From positions 475,643 to 539,642 of the forward strand of contig NZ_CP047901.1 in NCBI RefSeq assembly GCF_009936135.1: a stretch of DNA of 64,000 nt, given 5' to 3'. Both the position numbers and the translations under genes were made by a program. The notes below the pieces were generated by a model. That model was not told where the DNA came from. It saw nothing but the letters and a program-made list of their open reading frames with translations, and made no database searches. The stretch is from Candidatus Chazhemtobacterium aquaticus (GTDB lineage: Bacteria > Patescibacteriota > Microgenomatia > UBA1400 > Chazhemtobacteraceae). Positions 28,628 through 37,625 of the stretch are shown here, piece after piece. Every line of letters begins with the position of its first letter. Within the stretch, counting starts at the first letter, position 1.

Positions 28628-31600
28628 ATGGTCCAACCTTTAATAATTTTCTTTTCAATATTTCCTTTTTTCAAATTGTTAAACCTGGATGGTTTGATAG
28701 CCAATGTTGACTTCACCCAATTTTTTTTATTAAACACCAATTTTCTGGATCTATACCCATACGTTTGGAAGGATTACTTGTCTGGAATATTCAACTCAAT
28801 CTATATCATCAATTGGTCGTCTTTGGTCATCATATCTGCGGCATTGAAAGCAATAGGACTAAATACAGAAATGATTAACAGAGTATGGTTGGTTACTCCC
28901 TTCATACTATTCAATCTGTCAGTTTTTTATTTCATCAACAAACATTTTAAAAAATTTGGTTTCAACCGAAGGGATGTTCTTTTAATCGTTATGTTTACAG
29001 CCTACTCGTCTCCCACTGTCAACTTCCTTTCCTTTGGTTGGCAACAAATATATTTTTTACCTGCAGCTGCAACAATAATGTTGCTGGATAGTCTGATCAG
29101 TTTTTCTAAAAGTCTAGAAAAAAAATACCTGTTTGTCGCCGGAATACTATCAATATTCTCTGCACAACTTATGCACTTGTTTATCTTTGCTAACATCTGC
29201 TTCTTCTTGTATTTAGTCATCCTCGACAAACACCCAAAATACACCAAAATTAAGACTCTAGGTCATTGGTCATTTACCGCAATTTTCATCAATCTCTGGT
29301 GGGTTCTTCCGCTCATCGGCAATTTTGTTTTCAGTGAAATCGTCAATTATCGATACGATCCAATCACAGACCTGAACAATATAAAGAACATGGTCTCGTT
29401 CCAAGATGTCATTTTTCTTAACTCGGTCCACGGAACAACAACAGTACAGCAACACACTACCAGCAAAGTTAATCTAATAATCAGGACATCGTATTTTCTG
29501 GCATTTACCATCGGCTATCTCAAAGCAATCAAGACAAAAAAAACAAGAAAGATCAGTCTTACCCTGGGAGTTGCATTATTAGTCGTAATTTTTTTTAGCG
29601 CAGGCGCCCACCAACCCTTTGGATCACTATTTGTATGGGCATTTAAGAACATACCAATGTTTTACATGTTTAGAGATGTATCAAAATTTGGAATCTTTAT
29701 TGTGTTTATATACGGCATATTTATTACCTACCTCATTAAAACCAGAGAGAAACGTAAACGAAATATCGTCCATGTTGGCCTTTTGTTTTTAATTGCCATT
29801 ACATCGTTTCCGATGATCACCGGTAATTTGGGCGGCGATTTTCAAACCCTTGAATTGCCGGATGAATATCTTTCGACAAACATCTTAATTAACAAAGAAG
29901 AATTGGATGCGAAGCTGCTGGCCTTACCAATGCCAAGATGGACCTCTAAGTTTACCTGGATGGATGACGAGGAAAAAGGCTCACAAATATACAACCCGCT
30001 TTATACCATAACTAGCAATCCCATTATCTTTGACGAATTAAATAATACGGGATTAATACCACTACACACTGCAGCTCTTAATTCTATATGTGCGCAACAA
30101 AATAACGAAAATATATTTCTGTCACTTCTAAACATCAAGTACATCATTTTTCAAAAAGATCAACTAAACGAACCTCTTGGTTTTTGTCCTAACGAGCAGA
30201 TGCTCAAAAACGTCGACAAATTATTTACTAAGGTACGAGAGGCAGAATACATAAATCTATATCAGATTGCCGAGGACGAGTATTTACCGCACTTTTACAT
30301 TCCGGTTGAAACGGTTTATTCCACCAGTGAACTAGCATCAATATCAGAAATTCAACGACTTAATGACTACCAAACGCGAACAGCCTTTTTCTTTAAATCA
30401 AACGAAAGCACAGATAATAAGGTTATATCGCCAGACAAAACTGATTCTGTAGTCATAGAGGGGGTATTACTCGAACCCGCCAAGGATGCAATCGATGTCG
30501 AGGAAATCGCCAAAACAGAAATATTCTACCCACATGTAAAAAATAAGCCATCAAGTCCTAGATGGCACGTCGGCTTCATAAAAGAAAGATATGAACTGAG
30601 CAATATAAAAGACGTTAATAGCAAATTAGAAAAGAAACTTTTTTTTGCAAACAAACGCATAAGTGAGATTCAAAAATGGGGCAATATTTCTGTTGAAAAA
30701 TCACGGCCGTTATTCCGCGTATTTGGCCTTAAAGAACTGGAGAACCTACTTGATTTATGGCAATCACAAGTCCAACAATCAATAGATCTAGTCATTCAGG
30801 ATGAAGATAAGGGTAGAAAAGCAACGTTAGCAAAATTAATCAAAGAAAATTACTCTGATAATCTCAAGAAGCTGGCAGAACTTGGCCTCTCAGAATTGTC
30901 CACAGCGTCAATCAAGTCAGATTTTGATAGACAACTAAGTGTGTATCTACCAGAAACCGCAGTCGATCAGAAGTCATATCGACTTAATACCCCCATATCC
31001 GGAGAGTACTCTATATATCTTGAAACATTGAAAGACAAACCATACGCCTCTTTCATAAAAGAGATCTTGATTGATGATACAAAAATCGACATCAATCTTG
31101 TTGACAGCCCTGATCAGGATTACCAACATCTTGGAGAGGAGTATCTTGATTCAGGTGAACATACAATCACCCTCAAATTCAATAATGAAATTAACCTGTT
31201 GCCCGCAGAAAGGCAGCCTATCAATCTTGGCAACAAAAATAGGTTTAATTACCAAACCATTACGGATTGGTTACCAAACCAGTGGTACCAAGTGTCGGGC
31301 AACTACGAACTCAATAATGGCGGAGTCGAGCTTGCGATTGAAGAAGAAGTCTTAAAGAGCGACATCGACAAAGAGAGAGACAATGAGTCCACAAGTCAAA
31401 TAACGAAAAAGGTCGGCATCCCTCCTGGACAAGGCACGTTCAAGTATTACGTCAAATCGGGAAATGATCCAATATCAGGGGGTTTATCTATAGAAGTCGA
31501 CCTCAATGCCTCGGCGACAATAAATGATTTATCAGTAACTCCAATTTACGAACCCAAATTCATAATTAGGAGTCGGATGAACGAAAAGCCTAACAAGTCA

Positions 31601-32113
31601 AAACCGGTCATCGCCTTCCAGAGAATTAACCCAACAAAATATCGAGTTGAAGTAAGAAACGCCACCGAACCCTATCTTCTAGTATTTAGTGAAAACTATA
31701 ACAGAGGATGGAACGTTTTCAAGAAAGACGACGGCAACAATACCTCAATATCATTTTCTAAAGTTGTTGGTGATTTAGTTAGCGTCTTCCTTCACCGTCA
31801 TCCAGTAAAAGAAGTAGTTACAAGTTACTTCGATGGTGATATCAATGAATATAAGCACAGGACCACATTTCTTGAACCAGACACTTTTGAGACATGGGAT
31901 AAAAAACCCATTGCAACAGACCAACATTACCTAGCCAACAGCTATGCCAATTCATGGTACATATCACCTGACATGGTTGGAGGAGACACCGAATATGAGC
32001 TAATCATTGAATTTATCCCCCAAAGACTACTCTACATCGGTATCTTTATATCTGTAATATTCATATTGATTTTCATAATCTACATCGCTTTTCAGAAACT
32101 AATCAAAAAATAA
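28628..32113 (+). CDS. Giant (1161 aa) polytopic membrane protein with a roughly 750-aa extracytoplasmic domain and a C-terminal TM anchor; possibly a GT-C-like polymerase or transferase.
   Basis: About 12 N-terminal TM segments precede a large soluble region; the terminal TM is IGIFISVIFILIFIIYIAF. AT-rich. T8/A8 homopolymer tracts at 28721-28728, 29536-29543, 29589-29596 and 30639-30646. Confidence 0.55.
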   Translation: MVQPLIIFFSIFPFFKLLNLDGLIANVDFTQFFLLNTNFLDLYPYVWKDYLSGIFNSIYIINWSSLVIISAALKAIGLNTEMINRVWLVTPFILFNLSVFYFINKHFKKFGFNRRDVLLIVMFTAYSSPTVNFLSFGWQQIYFLPAAATIMLLDSLISFSKSLEKKYLFVAGILSIFSAQLMHLFIFANICFFLYLVILDKHPKYTKIKTLGHWSFTAIFINLWWVLPLIGNFVFSEIVNYRYDPITDLNNIKNMVSFQDVIFLNSVHGTTTVQQHTTSKVNLIIRTSYFLAFTIGYLKAIKTKKTRKISLTLGVALLVVIFFSAGAHQPFGSLFVWAFKNIPMFYMFRDVSKFGIFIVFIYGIFITYLIKTREKRKRNIVHVGLLFLIAITSFPMITGNLGGDFQTLELPDEYLSTNILINKEELDAKLLALPMPRWTSKFTWMDDEEKGSQIYNPLYTITSNPIIFDELNNTGLIPLHTAALNSICAQQNNENIFLSLLNIKYIIFQKDQLNEPLGFCPNEQMLKNVDKLFTKVREAEYINLYQIAEDEYLPHFYIPVETVYSTSELASISEIQRLNDYQTRTAFFFKSNESTDNKVISPDKTDSVVIEGVLLEPAKDAIDVEEIAKTEIFYPHVKNKPSSPRWHVGFIKERYELSNIKDVNSKLEKKLFFANKRISEIQKWGNISVEKSRPLFRVFGLKELENLLDLWQSQVQQSIDLVIQDEDKGRKATLAKLIKENYSDNLKKLAELGLSELSTASIKSDFDRQLSVYLPETAVDQKSYRLNTPISGEYSIYLETLKDKPYASFIKEILIDDTKIDINLVDSPDQDYQHLGEEYLDSGEHTITLKFNNEINLLPAERQPINLGNKNRFNYQTITDWLPNQWYQVSGNYELNNGGVELAIEEEVLKSDIDKERDNESTSQITKKVGIPPGQGTFKYYVKSGNDPISGGLSIEVDLNASATINDLSVTPIYEPKFIIRSRMNEKPNKSKPVIAFQRINPTKYRVEVRNATEPYLLVFSENYNRGWNVFKKDDGNNTSISFSKVVGDLVSVFLHRHPVKEVVTSYFDGDINEYKHRTTFLEPDTFETWDKKPIATDQHYLANSYANSWYISPDMVGGDTEYELIIEFIPQRLLYIGIFISVIFILIFIIYIAFQKLIKK

Positions 32114-32125
32114 ACAATTCAAATC

Positions 32126-33205
32126 ATGGCTAAACTCAAATCAGTATTTCCTCAACAACTCAAGAAATTGATATTAGTGCTGTTTATCTTAGGTTTTATC
32201 TATGACGTAGTCCTTCCCCTGCCAGTATCAGATTTATCGCTCCTGATCATAATAGCTTTGCTTGTTGGATCCGTCATTATGTGGAATATTGACGGAATGG
32301 TTTTAATCAAACACTCCGTCTGGCTAGCAATCCTTTGCTCAATATTTGCGATCCTAGAATATAACCGTATCTCGGAAAGACTAGCCATATGGTGGTATAT
32401 CTTTTTCACTGTTGGTGCTTTACATTTAACAGTCACCTATCGGCTAAAACCAGGCAAAAAATACTTGGATTCCAAACAACTAATTCAAGAAATCCTTCGT
32501 TCATATTCTCCCATTATTAAACTCAAACTTTCCGCCGTTAAATTAGCCCACCTTACCATTCCTGTCATCACCTTCACTCTCGAAGAAGTTAAAATTACCA
32601 ATCTTGTTCCGGCAATTCTTAACCTCACCAAGACATGCTCTGTTTTCCTTAGCTTATATCTAGTTTATTCTCTAGTATCCAATACCCTAAGCACCATAGA
32701 GGTATATCAAAGTTTTTACCCTTCAAACTCATTAAACTACTTTATCCAACAAACCGGACAATATGCAGCCATATCTTTATTAATTGGTATAGTAATCGGT
32801 CTTGGCCTATTTTTTGTTATCAAAAATCGCCGGACCCTAGCTTTCATCGTCACCCCCGCCTTATTGTTCTCTCTGTTTTTGATAACCAATTATGTTTACG
32901 TCCACACCACCCAGTTTCAGTACGATATCCGTCTTTGGTCAGTTAGCCCGAAAAAAGCCACGCTTTGGGATGAAATTAAACTATCTGGTCGCAATTTCCG
33001 TGACCTACCCTTTAAGGGCAAAGTCTATATTGATGGCGTTGAACACGCGATTACCTCCTGGACCGATAAGCAGATCGTTATTCAAGCCGACCCCACCAAG
33101 ACCAGCAGCGGAGAAATTAAGGTTATCGATTATTATGGCAAAGAGAGTGTAAACACTCTCCCAATAGAGTATTATGACTTTGAAACCAAAGAATTAATTG
33201 AATGA
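32126..33205 (+). CDS. Polytopic membrane protein with C-terminal IPT/TIG-like beta-sandwich domain.
   Basis: About 8 TM. The C-terminus (KATLWDEIKLSGRNF...KVYIDGVEHAITSWTDKQIVIQADP...SGEIKV) matches the IPT/TIG pattern. Confidence 0.45.
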   Translation: MAKLKSVFPQQLKKLILVLFILGFIYDVVLPLPVSDLSLLIIIALLVGSVIMWNIDGMVLIKHSVWLAILCSIFAILEYNRISERLAIWWYIFFTVGALHLTVTYRLKPGKKYLDSKQLIQEILRSYSPIIKLKLSAVKLAHLTIPVITFTLEEVKITNLVPAILNLTKTCSVFLSLYLVYSLVSNTLSTIEVYQSFYPSNSLNYFIQQTGQYAAISLLIGIVIGLGLFFVIKNRRTLAFIVTPALLFSLFLITNYVYVHTTQFQYDIRLWSVSPKKATLWDEIKLSGRNFRDLPFKGKVYIDGVEHAITSWTDKQIVIQADPTKTSSGEIKVIDYYGKESVNTLPIEYYDFETKELIE

Positions 33206-34581
33206 AGATAAACAAAGTCATCCTCCCCCTCATCCTGATTCTTTTTGCTCCTACTCTATTTAATTTTTTCTCTGCCGATGACTGGTTTCATCTGCGTTTA
33301 GCACAGATTAGTAGTATTACTGAGTTTCTCAGCTTCTTTTCATTCTCTGCCACTGCTCAGTCTGCTTCTTTCTATCGTCCTCTTTCCACCCAGGTCTTCT
33401 TCTTTATTTTCCATTCTCTCTTTGGTTTTAATACCTTCTTTTACTATCTCTTCGGGCTTCTTCTCTTTGTCCTTATACTCTTCCAGTTAAAAAACCTCGT
33501 TTCATCATTGTTTCCCAAAATTTCTCCAATCACAGCTCTTGTTGTTTATGGTTTCTCAGTTACTAACTTCACCAGGCTTTATTTCCTCTCCGCCTATCAA
33601 GAACTCTTCATGGTTCTTTTCGCCCTGCTGGCTCTTAACGCTCACCTTCGCTCTCAAGGAAAGAAAACCTTATTGTTCTTCATTCTCGCCTTGTTAAGTA
33701 AAGAGACTGCCGTAGTCATACCCGGTCTCATCCTCCTTATAGATCTCTATCAGGGCAAATTAAAGTTAAGCAAATACCTACCCATCTTCTTACTTACTAC
33801 TGTCTATCTATATCTTCGTCTTTTCCATTTTGGCTTGGCAGAAGGGGATACGTACATCTGGGACTTTTCACCCAAAATGGCTCTTAATACCCTAATGTGG
33901 TATACCCTTTGGTCTTTTGGTGCACCTGAGCTTTTAGTTGATTACATAGGTGGGGGACTAAGACCCATTCCTCGTTTCTACACCGACTATCCTTTCTTCT
34001 CTTACTTCATTCTTTTCTTTTTGTTAATTCTTCTTGGGTCTTTCACCTTTCTTATATTCCGCTCTCTAAAGAAAAACCTGCGTCAATATCTTTTTACTGG
34101 CCTGTTCTTTGTTGTCCCTCTCCTTCCCGTTCTCTTTCTTCCTCACCACAAGTTTACCCTTGAGTTAGGTCTGCCTTTAGTTGGTTTTTCTCTTCTTTTT
34201 GCTTTAGTTGCTGATTCAGCTAAGGGTAAATGGGGGACTCTCCTACTTGGCTTGTTTTTAATTCTTAATCTCTCCATGAACTATCTCACCTATACCCGTC
34301 ACTACTCGGTCAATCGCTCTCGCTTATCTCATCGACTCTATGACTATCTCACCACCCAATATCCTCAGTATCCATCCAATCCCCTTTATTTCACCGATCC
34401 GGAAAATGCTGGCCGATTTGAAGATTACGCCAAGCAGCTCTCTCTTGCTACCTCTAGGGCTGATATGTTCCAGGTCATCTACAATGATCCTAATCTGGTT
34501 GTTTACTATGATGGGGTCAACCAGCCGCCAGAAGACCAGCCAGTTATTAAGATCAAAGCTCAAGACTTCTTTACCCGATGA
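33202..34581 (+). CDS. Polytopic membrane protein, GT-C-like (DDWFHL subfamily, related to the 2333-4006 protein).
   Basis: N-terminal FSADDWFHLRLAQ after TM1 and FYRPLS. At least 10 TM. Confidence 0.5.
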   Translation: MKINKVILPLILILFAPTLFNFFSADDWFHLRLAQISSITEFLSFFSFSATAQSASFYRPLSTQVFFFIFHSLFGFNTFFYYLFGLLLFVLILFQLKNLVSSLFPKISPITALVVYGFSVTNFTRLYFLSAYQELFMVLFALLALNAHLRSQGKKTLLFFILALLSKETAVVIPGLILLIDLYQGKLKLSKYLPIFLLTTVYLYLRLFHFGLAEGDTYIWDFSPKMALNTLMWYTLWSFGAPELLVDYIGGGLRPIPRFYTDYPFFSYFILFFLLILLGSFTFLIFRSLKKNLRQYLFTGLFFVVPLLPVLFLPHHKFTLELGLPLVGFSLLFALVADSAKGKWGTLLLGLFLILNLSMNYLTYTRHYSVNRSRLSHRLYDYLTTQYPQYPSNPLYFTDPENAGRFEDYAKQLSLATSRADMFQVIYNDPNLVVYYDGVNQPPEDQPVIKIKAQDFFTR

Positions 34582-36203
34582 AACTTAAAAAAACTCACCT
34601 TATTTTACTTGTCATTCTTGTCGTCTCCTTCTTTCTTCGTTTTTATCGTTTAGATCAAAACCTGCCAGAGATTTATGCCGATGAAACAGGACACTATATC
34701 CTTCTTCACCAGCCATCTCTCTACCATCGTATTTTTTCATTTACATGGTTCCTAGGTCTTAATCCTTTAGGAGTCAGAGCGGCTGCAGCATTTTATAGCT
34801 CACTCATCTCTCTGGCCATCTTTTTGCTTGCTAGCCGTCTTTCAAAAAATCAAGCGGTTCCCTTTGTTGCCGCGATCATAAGTGTATTTCTACCCTGGAC
34901 CTTTCTCATTGGCCGTATTGGTCACAGCCACATTCCCTTATTGGTCATCACCAGCACCCTCTCTGCTTACTTTTTCCTAAGCAAGTCAAAATCAAGTTAC
35001 CTCCTTTCTCTTTTGTTCCTCCTAGTCTCTGCTTACCTTTACCAATCAGCCCTTGTTATTGCCCCCTTTGTCTTTCTGCTTACTGGTTATTACCTGTATC
35101 GCTCCCTTAAACCTAAACAACGCCGCCTTGGTCTTTTGGCCGTTGCTATTTCCTTTTTGGTTGTTGGTGTCTTGTTCGTTACTCGTTTTCAAGGACTCTC
35201 TTTATCAGGCCGAGGTCTTGATCTGGCCATCTGGCGTGATCCTAATACTACTCACTTTAGTGATAAGTATCGCGCCCTTTCTTGGGTATCCAAGCCAAGC
35301 TTGTTTAGTTTTTGGTTACCTACTGAAACATTAGCCGCTCCTTTAGTTTACAACCGCTTGACTGCCAACCTCTCCATTTTTACTCGCAACTATCTCTCTT
35401 TCTTTTCTCCCGACTTCCTTTTCTTAAAAGGTGATCCGATCCTGCGTCACTCCACCGGCCAGTTTGGCGTCTTCTATCCCTTTCTCTTACCCCTCATTCT
35501 CTATGGTGCATATCGCTTCTTCTTGACTGCCCCACCCAAAGCTCGTCACCTTTTCTTAGTTTGGATTCTTGCCTCCCCGCTACCTGCCGCCATCACTAAG
35601 GATGGCTCTGGCTACCTGCTTCGTGTCATCACTCTACTTCCTTTCCTTACTTACTTTGCTGCTCTTGGTATCACCGACTCCCTATCTTGGTTTAAAACGA
35701 AATGGTTAAGACTTTTGTATGTCTTAGGTCTTTCTCTAGTTGGCATCTATTCCGCTTATGCCTTTTTCTTCTCATATTTCCACGTCTATCCATATCAGCT
35801 TGAGACCGCCAGAAGTTATGAGTATGGCTTTAAAGCCCTTTCTGACTTTCAAGTAGAGAATGACGGAGCTTCTCTTCTGATTGTTTGGGATGGTCACTAT
35901 CCTCAGTACCACTTCTATTTCTGGCAAAAGTTACCAGAGTCAGATTACCGAGAGTTAGTGTTTGAAGATATTGTAGTGGGGGAGTCCCACTTCTATCACC
36001 CCGCCCCCAATCTCTACTTTGTTAATCCCTACACCACCAGTGATGTACTTGAGTTTATTGATATGCACCAACCTAATTATCTGGTTCTACCAGATCGTTA
36101 CTTCGTTAAATATCCAACAGATCTAGTCCCAGAGGATGAGCAGCCGGTCAAGCAGATTCTCTATCCCACTGGTGAGGTTGCCTTCTCTATCTACTCTCTC
36201 TAG
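34578..36203 (+). CDS. GT39/PMT/ArnT-like GT-C membrane glycosyltransferase (paralog 5).
   Basis: LRFYRLDQNLPEIYADETGHY; C-terminal YEYGFKAL domain similar to the other paralogs. 4-nt overlap with the upstream gene. Confidence 0.65.
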   Translation: MKLKKTHLILLVILVVSFFLRFYRLDQNLPEIYADETGHYILLHQPSLYHRIFSFTWFLGLNPLGVRAAAAFYSSLISLAIFLLASRLSKNQAVPFVAAIISVFLPWTFLIGRIGHSHIPLLVITSTLSAYFFLSKSKSSYLLSLLFLLVSAYLYQSALVIAPFVFLLTGYYLYRSLKPKQRRLGLLAVAISFLVVGVLFVTRFQGLSLSGRGLDLAIWRDPNTTHFSDKYRALSWVSKPSLFSFWLPTETLAAPLVYNRLTANLSIFTRNYLSFFSPDFLFLKGDPILRHSTGQFGVFYPFLLPLILYGAYRFFLTAPPKARHLFLVWILASPLPAAITKDGSGYLLRVITLLPFLTYFAALGITDSLSWFKTKWLRLLYVLGLSLVGIYSAYAFFFSYFHVYPYQLETARSYEYGFKALSDFQVENDGASLLIVWDGHYPQYHFYFWQKLPESDYRELVFEDIVVGESHFYHPAPNLYFVNPYTTSDVLEFIDMHQPNYLVLPDRYFVKYPTDLVPEDEQPVKQILYPTGEVAFSIYSL

Positions 36204-36233
36204 ACAGAAAGAGGCAATACCATCAAGGACTTT

Positions 36234-36935
36234 CTAGTTACCCTTACGCCCCGTTTTTCTTAAAAGTAACAGTGAAATGGTTTCTTCTCGCAATTTCGCT
36301 CTTGCCCAATCTTTTCTTCCTTCGCTTAATAACTCTCCCACCCCGTCCAAAATCTTCCGTGCACTCAGCTTTTCCAACTTGTTAACACACTCGTCTATCA
36401 CTTTATCAAAGGGCATCCCCGCTCTTTGTTCGACGATATCTTGATTAATCGGAAACCTGTTCTCAAGGAAAAACCAAACATCATAAATATCTCTACTTGT
36501 TTTGCCGATCCTTTCATACATCGCCATCAGTTTATGGGCAAACATGTCCTCAGGAACCATTACCAACATCGACACTCCCAAGTACGTTTTTACCTCATAT
36601 CTCGACCCAAACTGTATCTTGTTAATCTCAATCTTAATATTATGTGCCCTGTCTTCGTAGGAGAGTAGGCAAAAAAGATTATGCCGCTTCATATGCGAAT
36701 CCTTCAACTTGCCGTGTCTCTGTACTATTTCCACCACTTTTTCAAAAACCTCTTTCTCGTTACTGTCATCAAGTAGATCAAAATCCAAATCAACCGAAAA
36801 ACGGTCCAACCCGTGGTACATCATTGCCGCCGTTCCTCCTTTAAAACCCAAGTAAGGGGAGACATTAGTATCCGAATAGATATCTTTCAAGATTTGAAAC
36901 AATATCGTCTTGTGTAAGGTCTTATCTAATGTCAT
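36234..36935 (-). CDS. abiEii: AbiEii/AbiGii-family nucleotidyltransferase toxin (type IV toxin-antitoxin / abortive infection).
   Basis: GFKGGTAAMMYHGLDRFSVDLDFDL matches the DUF1814/AbiEii nucleotidyltransferase motif (GGTAL...R.S.DIDF). The start ATG overlaps the stop of the upstream gene (ATGA). Confidence 0.75.
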   Translation of the reverse strand: MTLDKTLHKTILFQILKDIYSDTNVSPYLGFKGGTAAMMYHGLDRFSVDLDFDLLDDSNEKEVFEKVVEIVQRHGKLKDSHMKRHNLFCLLSYEDRAHNIKIEINKIQFGSRYEVKTYLGVSMLVMVPEDMFAHKLMAMYERIGKTSRDIYDVWFFLENRFPINQDIVEQRAGMPFDKVIDECVNKLEKLSARKILDGVGELLSEGRKDWARAKLREETISLLLLRKTGRKGN

Positions 36936-37522
36936 TGTACACCTTGATCTTTAGTCTCCTTGCGTATTTGCCTTACCTTCTTAGTCAATCTTTTATTGTC
37001 ATAGATTGGCAGTAAAGACTCGACTGTATCCCAGTTAACCGACCTTAAGTTATCAAAGTGATAATCTGTCTTGCTATACAACACGTCTAAAAAAGCTCGT
37101 TCTCGGCTGGCTATCCACAGATTTTCTTGTTGCATAACCCCATCTGTATTAGTCAAGACCGAATCCTTTATCTTTCGATATTCATATTTCTGGCCGTCCA
37201 TCACAATCTCCCTAGTTAGGTATGACGCTACTGTAATTGAGTCCTGATACTGAAAAATCAAGCCCTCCCTAGCCAATACCGTTTCAAAGCTTACATACGC
37301 AGGTGTAAACACTCTCACCGCCAGCTCCAACTTGTCATAGTTTTTATCTTTGACATACACCCCTCTGCGAACCCTATGCAGACTACCACTCCTTACGTAA
37401 TAGTTTAACCTCGCCCTGATCGAATCGTCATCACCCTCTTGCCACAAAAGCGCCACGTCCTTAAGTGTGAACACTGTTTTTTCAGATCTTAAGATACTAT
37501 CCAGATACTCACCTTTATTCAT
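36932..37522 (-). CDS. abiEi: AbiEi-family antitoxin/transcriptional regulator.
   Basis: N-terminal wHTH region with LHRVRRGVYV. Its position and the ATGA overlap with abiEii are typical of AbiE operons. Confidence 0.7.
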   Translation of the reverse strand: MNKGEYLDSILRSEKTVFTLKDVALLWQEGDDDSIRARLNYYVRSGSLHRVRRGVYVKDKNYDKLELAVRVFTPAYVSFETVLAREGLIFQYQDSITVASYLTREIVMDGQKYEYRKIKDSVLTNTDGVMQQENLWIASRERAFLDVLYSKTDYHFDNLRSVNWDTVESLLPIYDNKRLTKKVRQIRKETKDQGVQ

Positions 37523-37625
37523 TATTTAAACTAAATGTTAGGTTTAATACAACTTATGGTTCAAATATAGACTAAATAAAACAATTCTGTCAAGCGAATG
37601 TTAAGCTCACACACTTGTCTAAATA

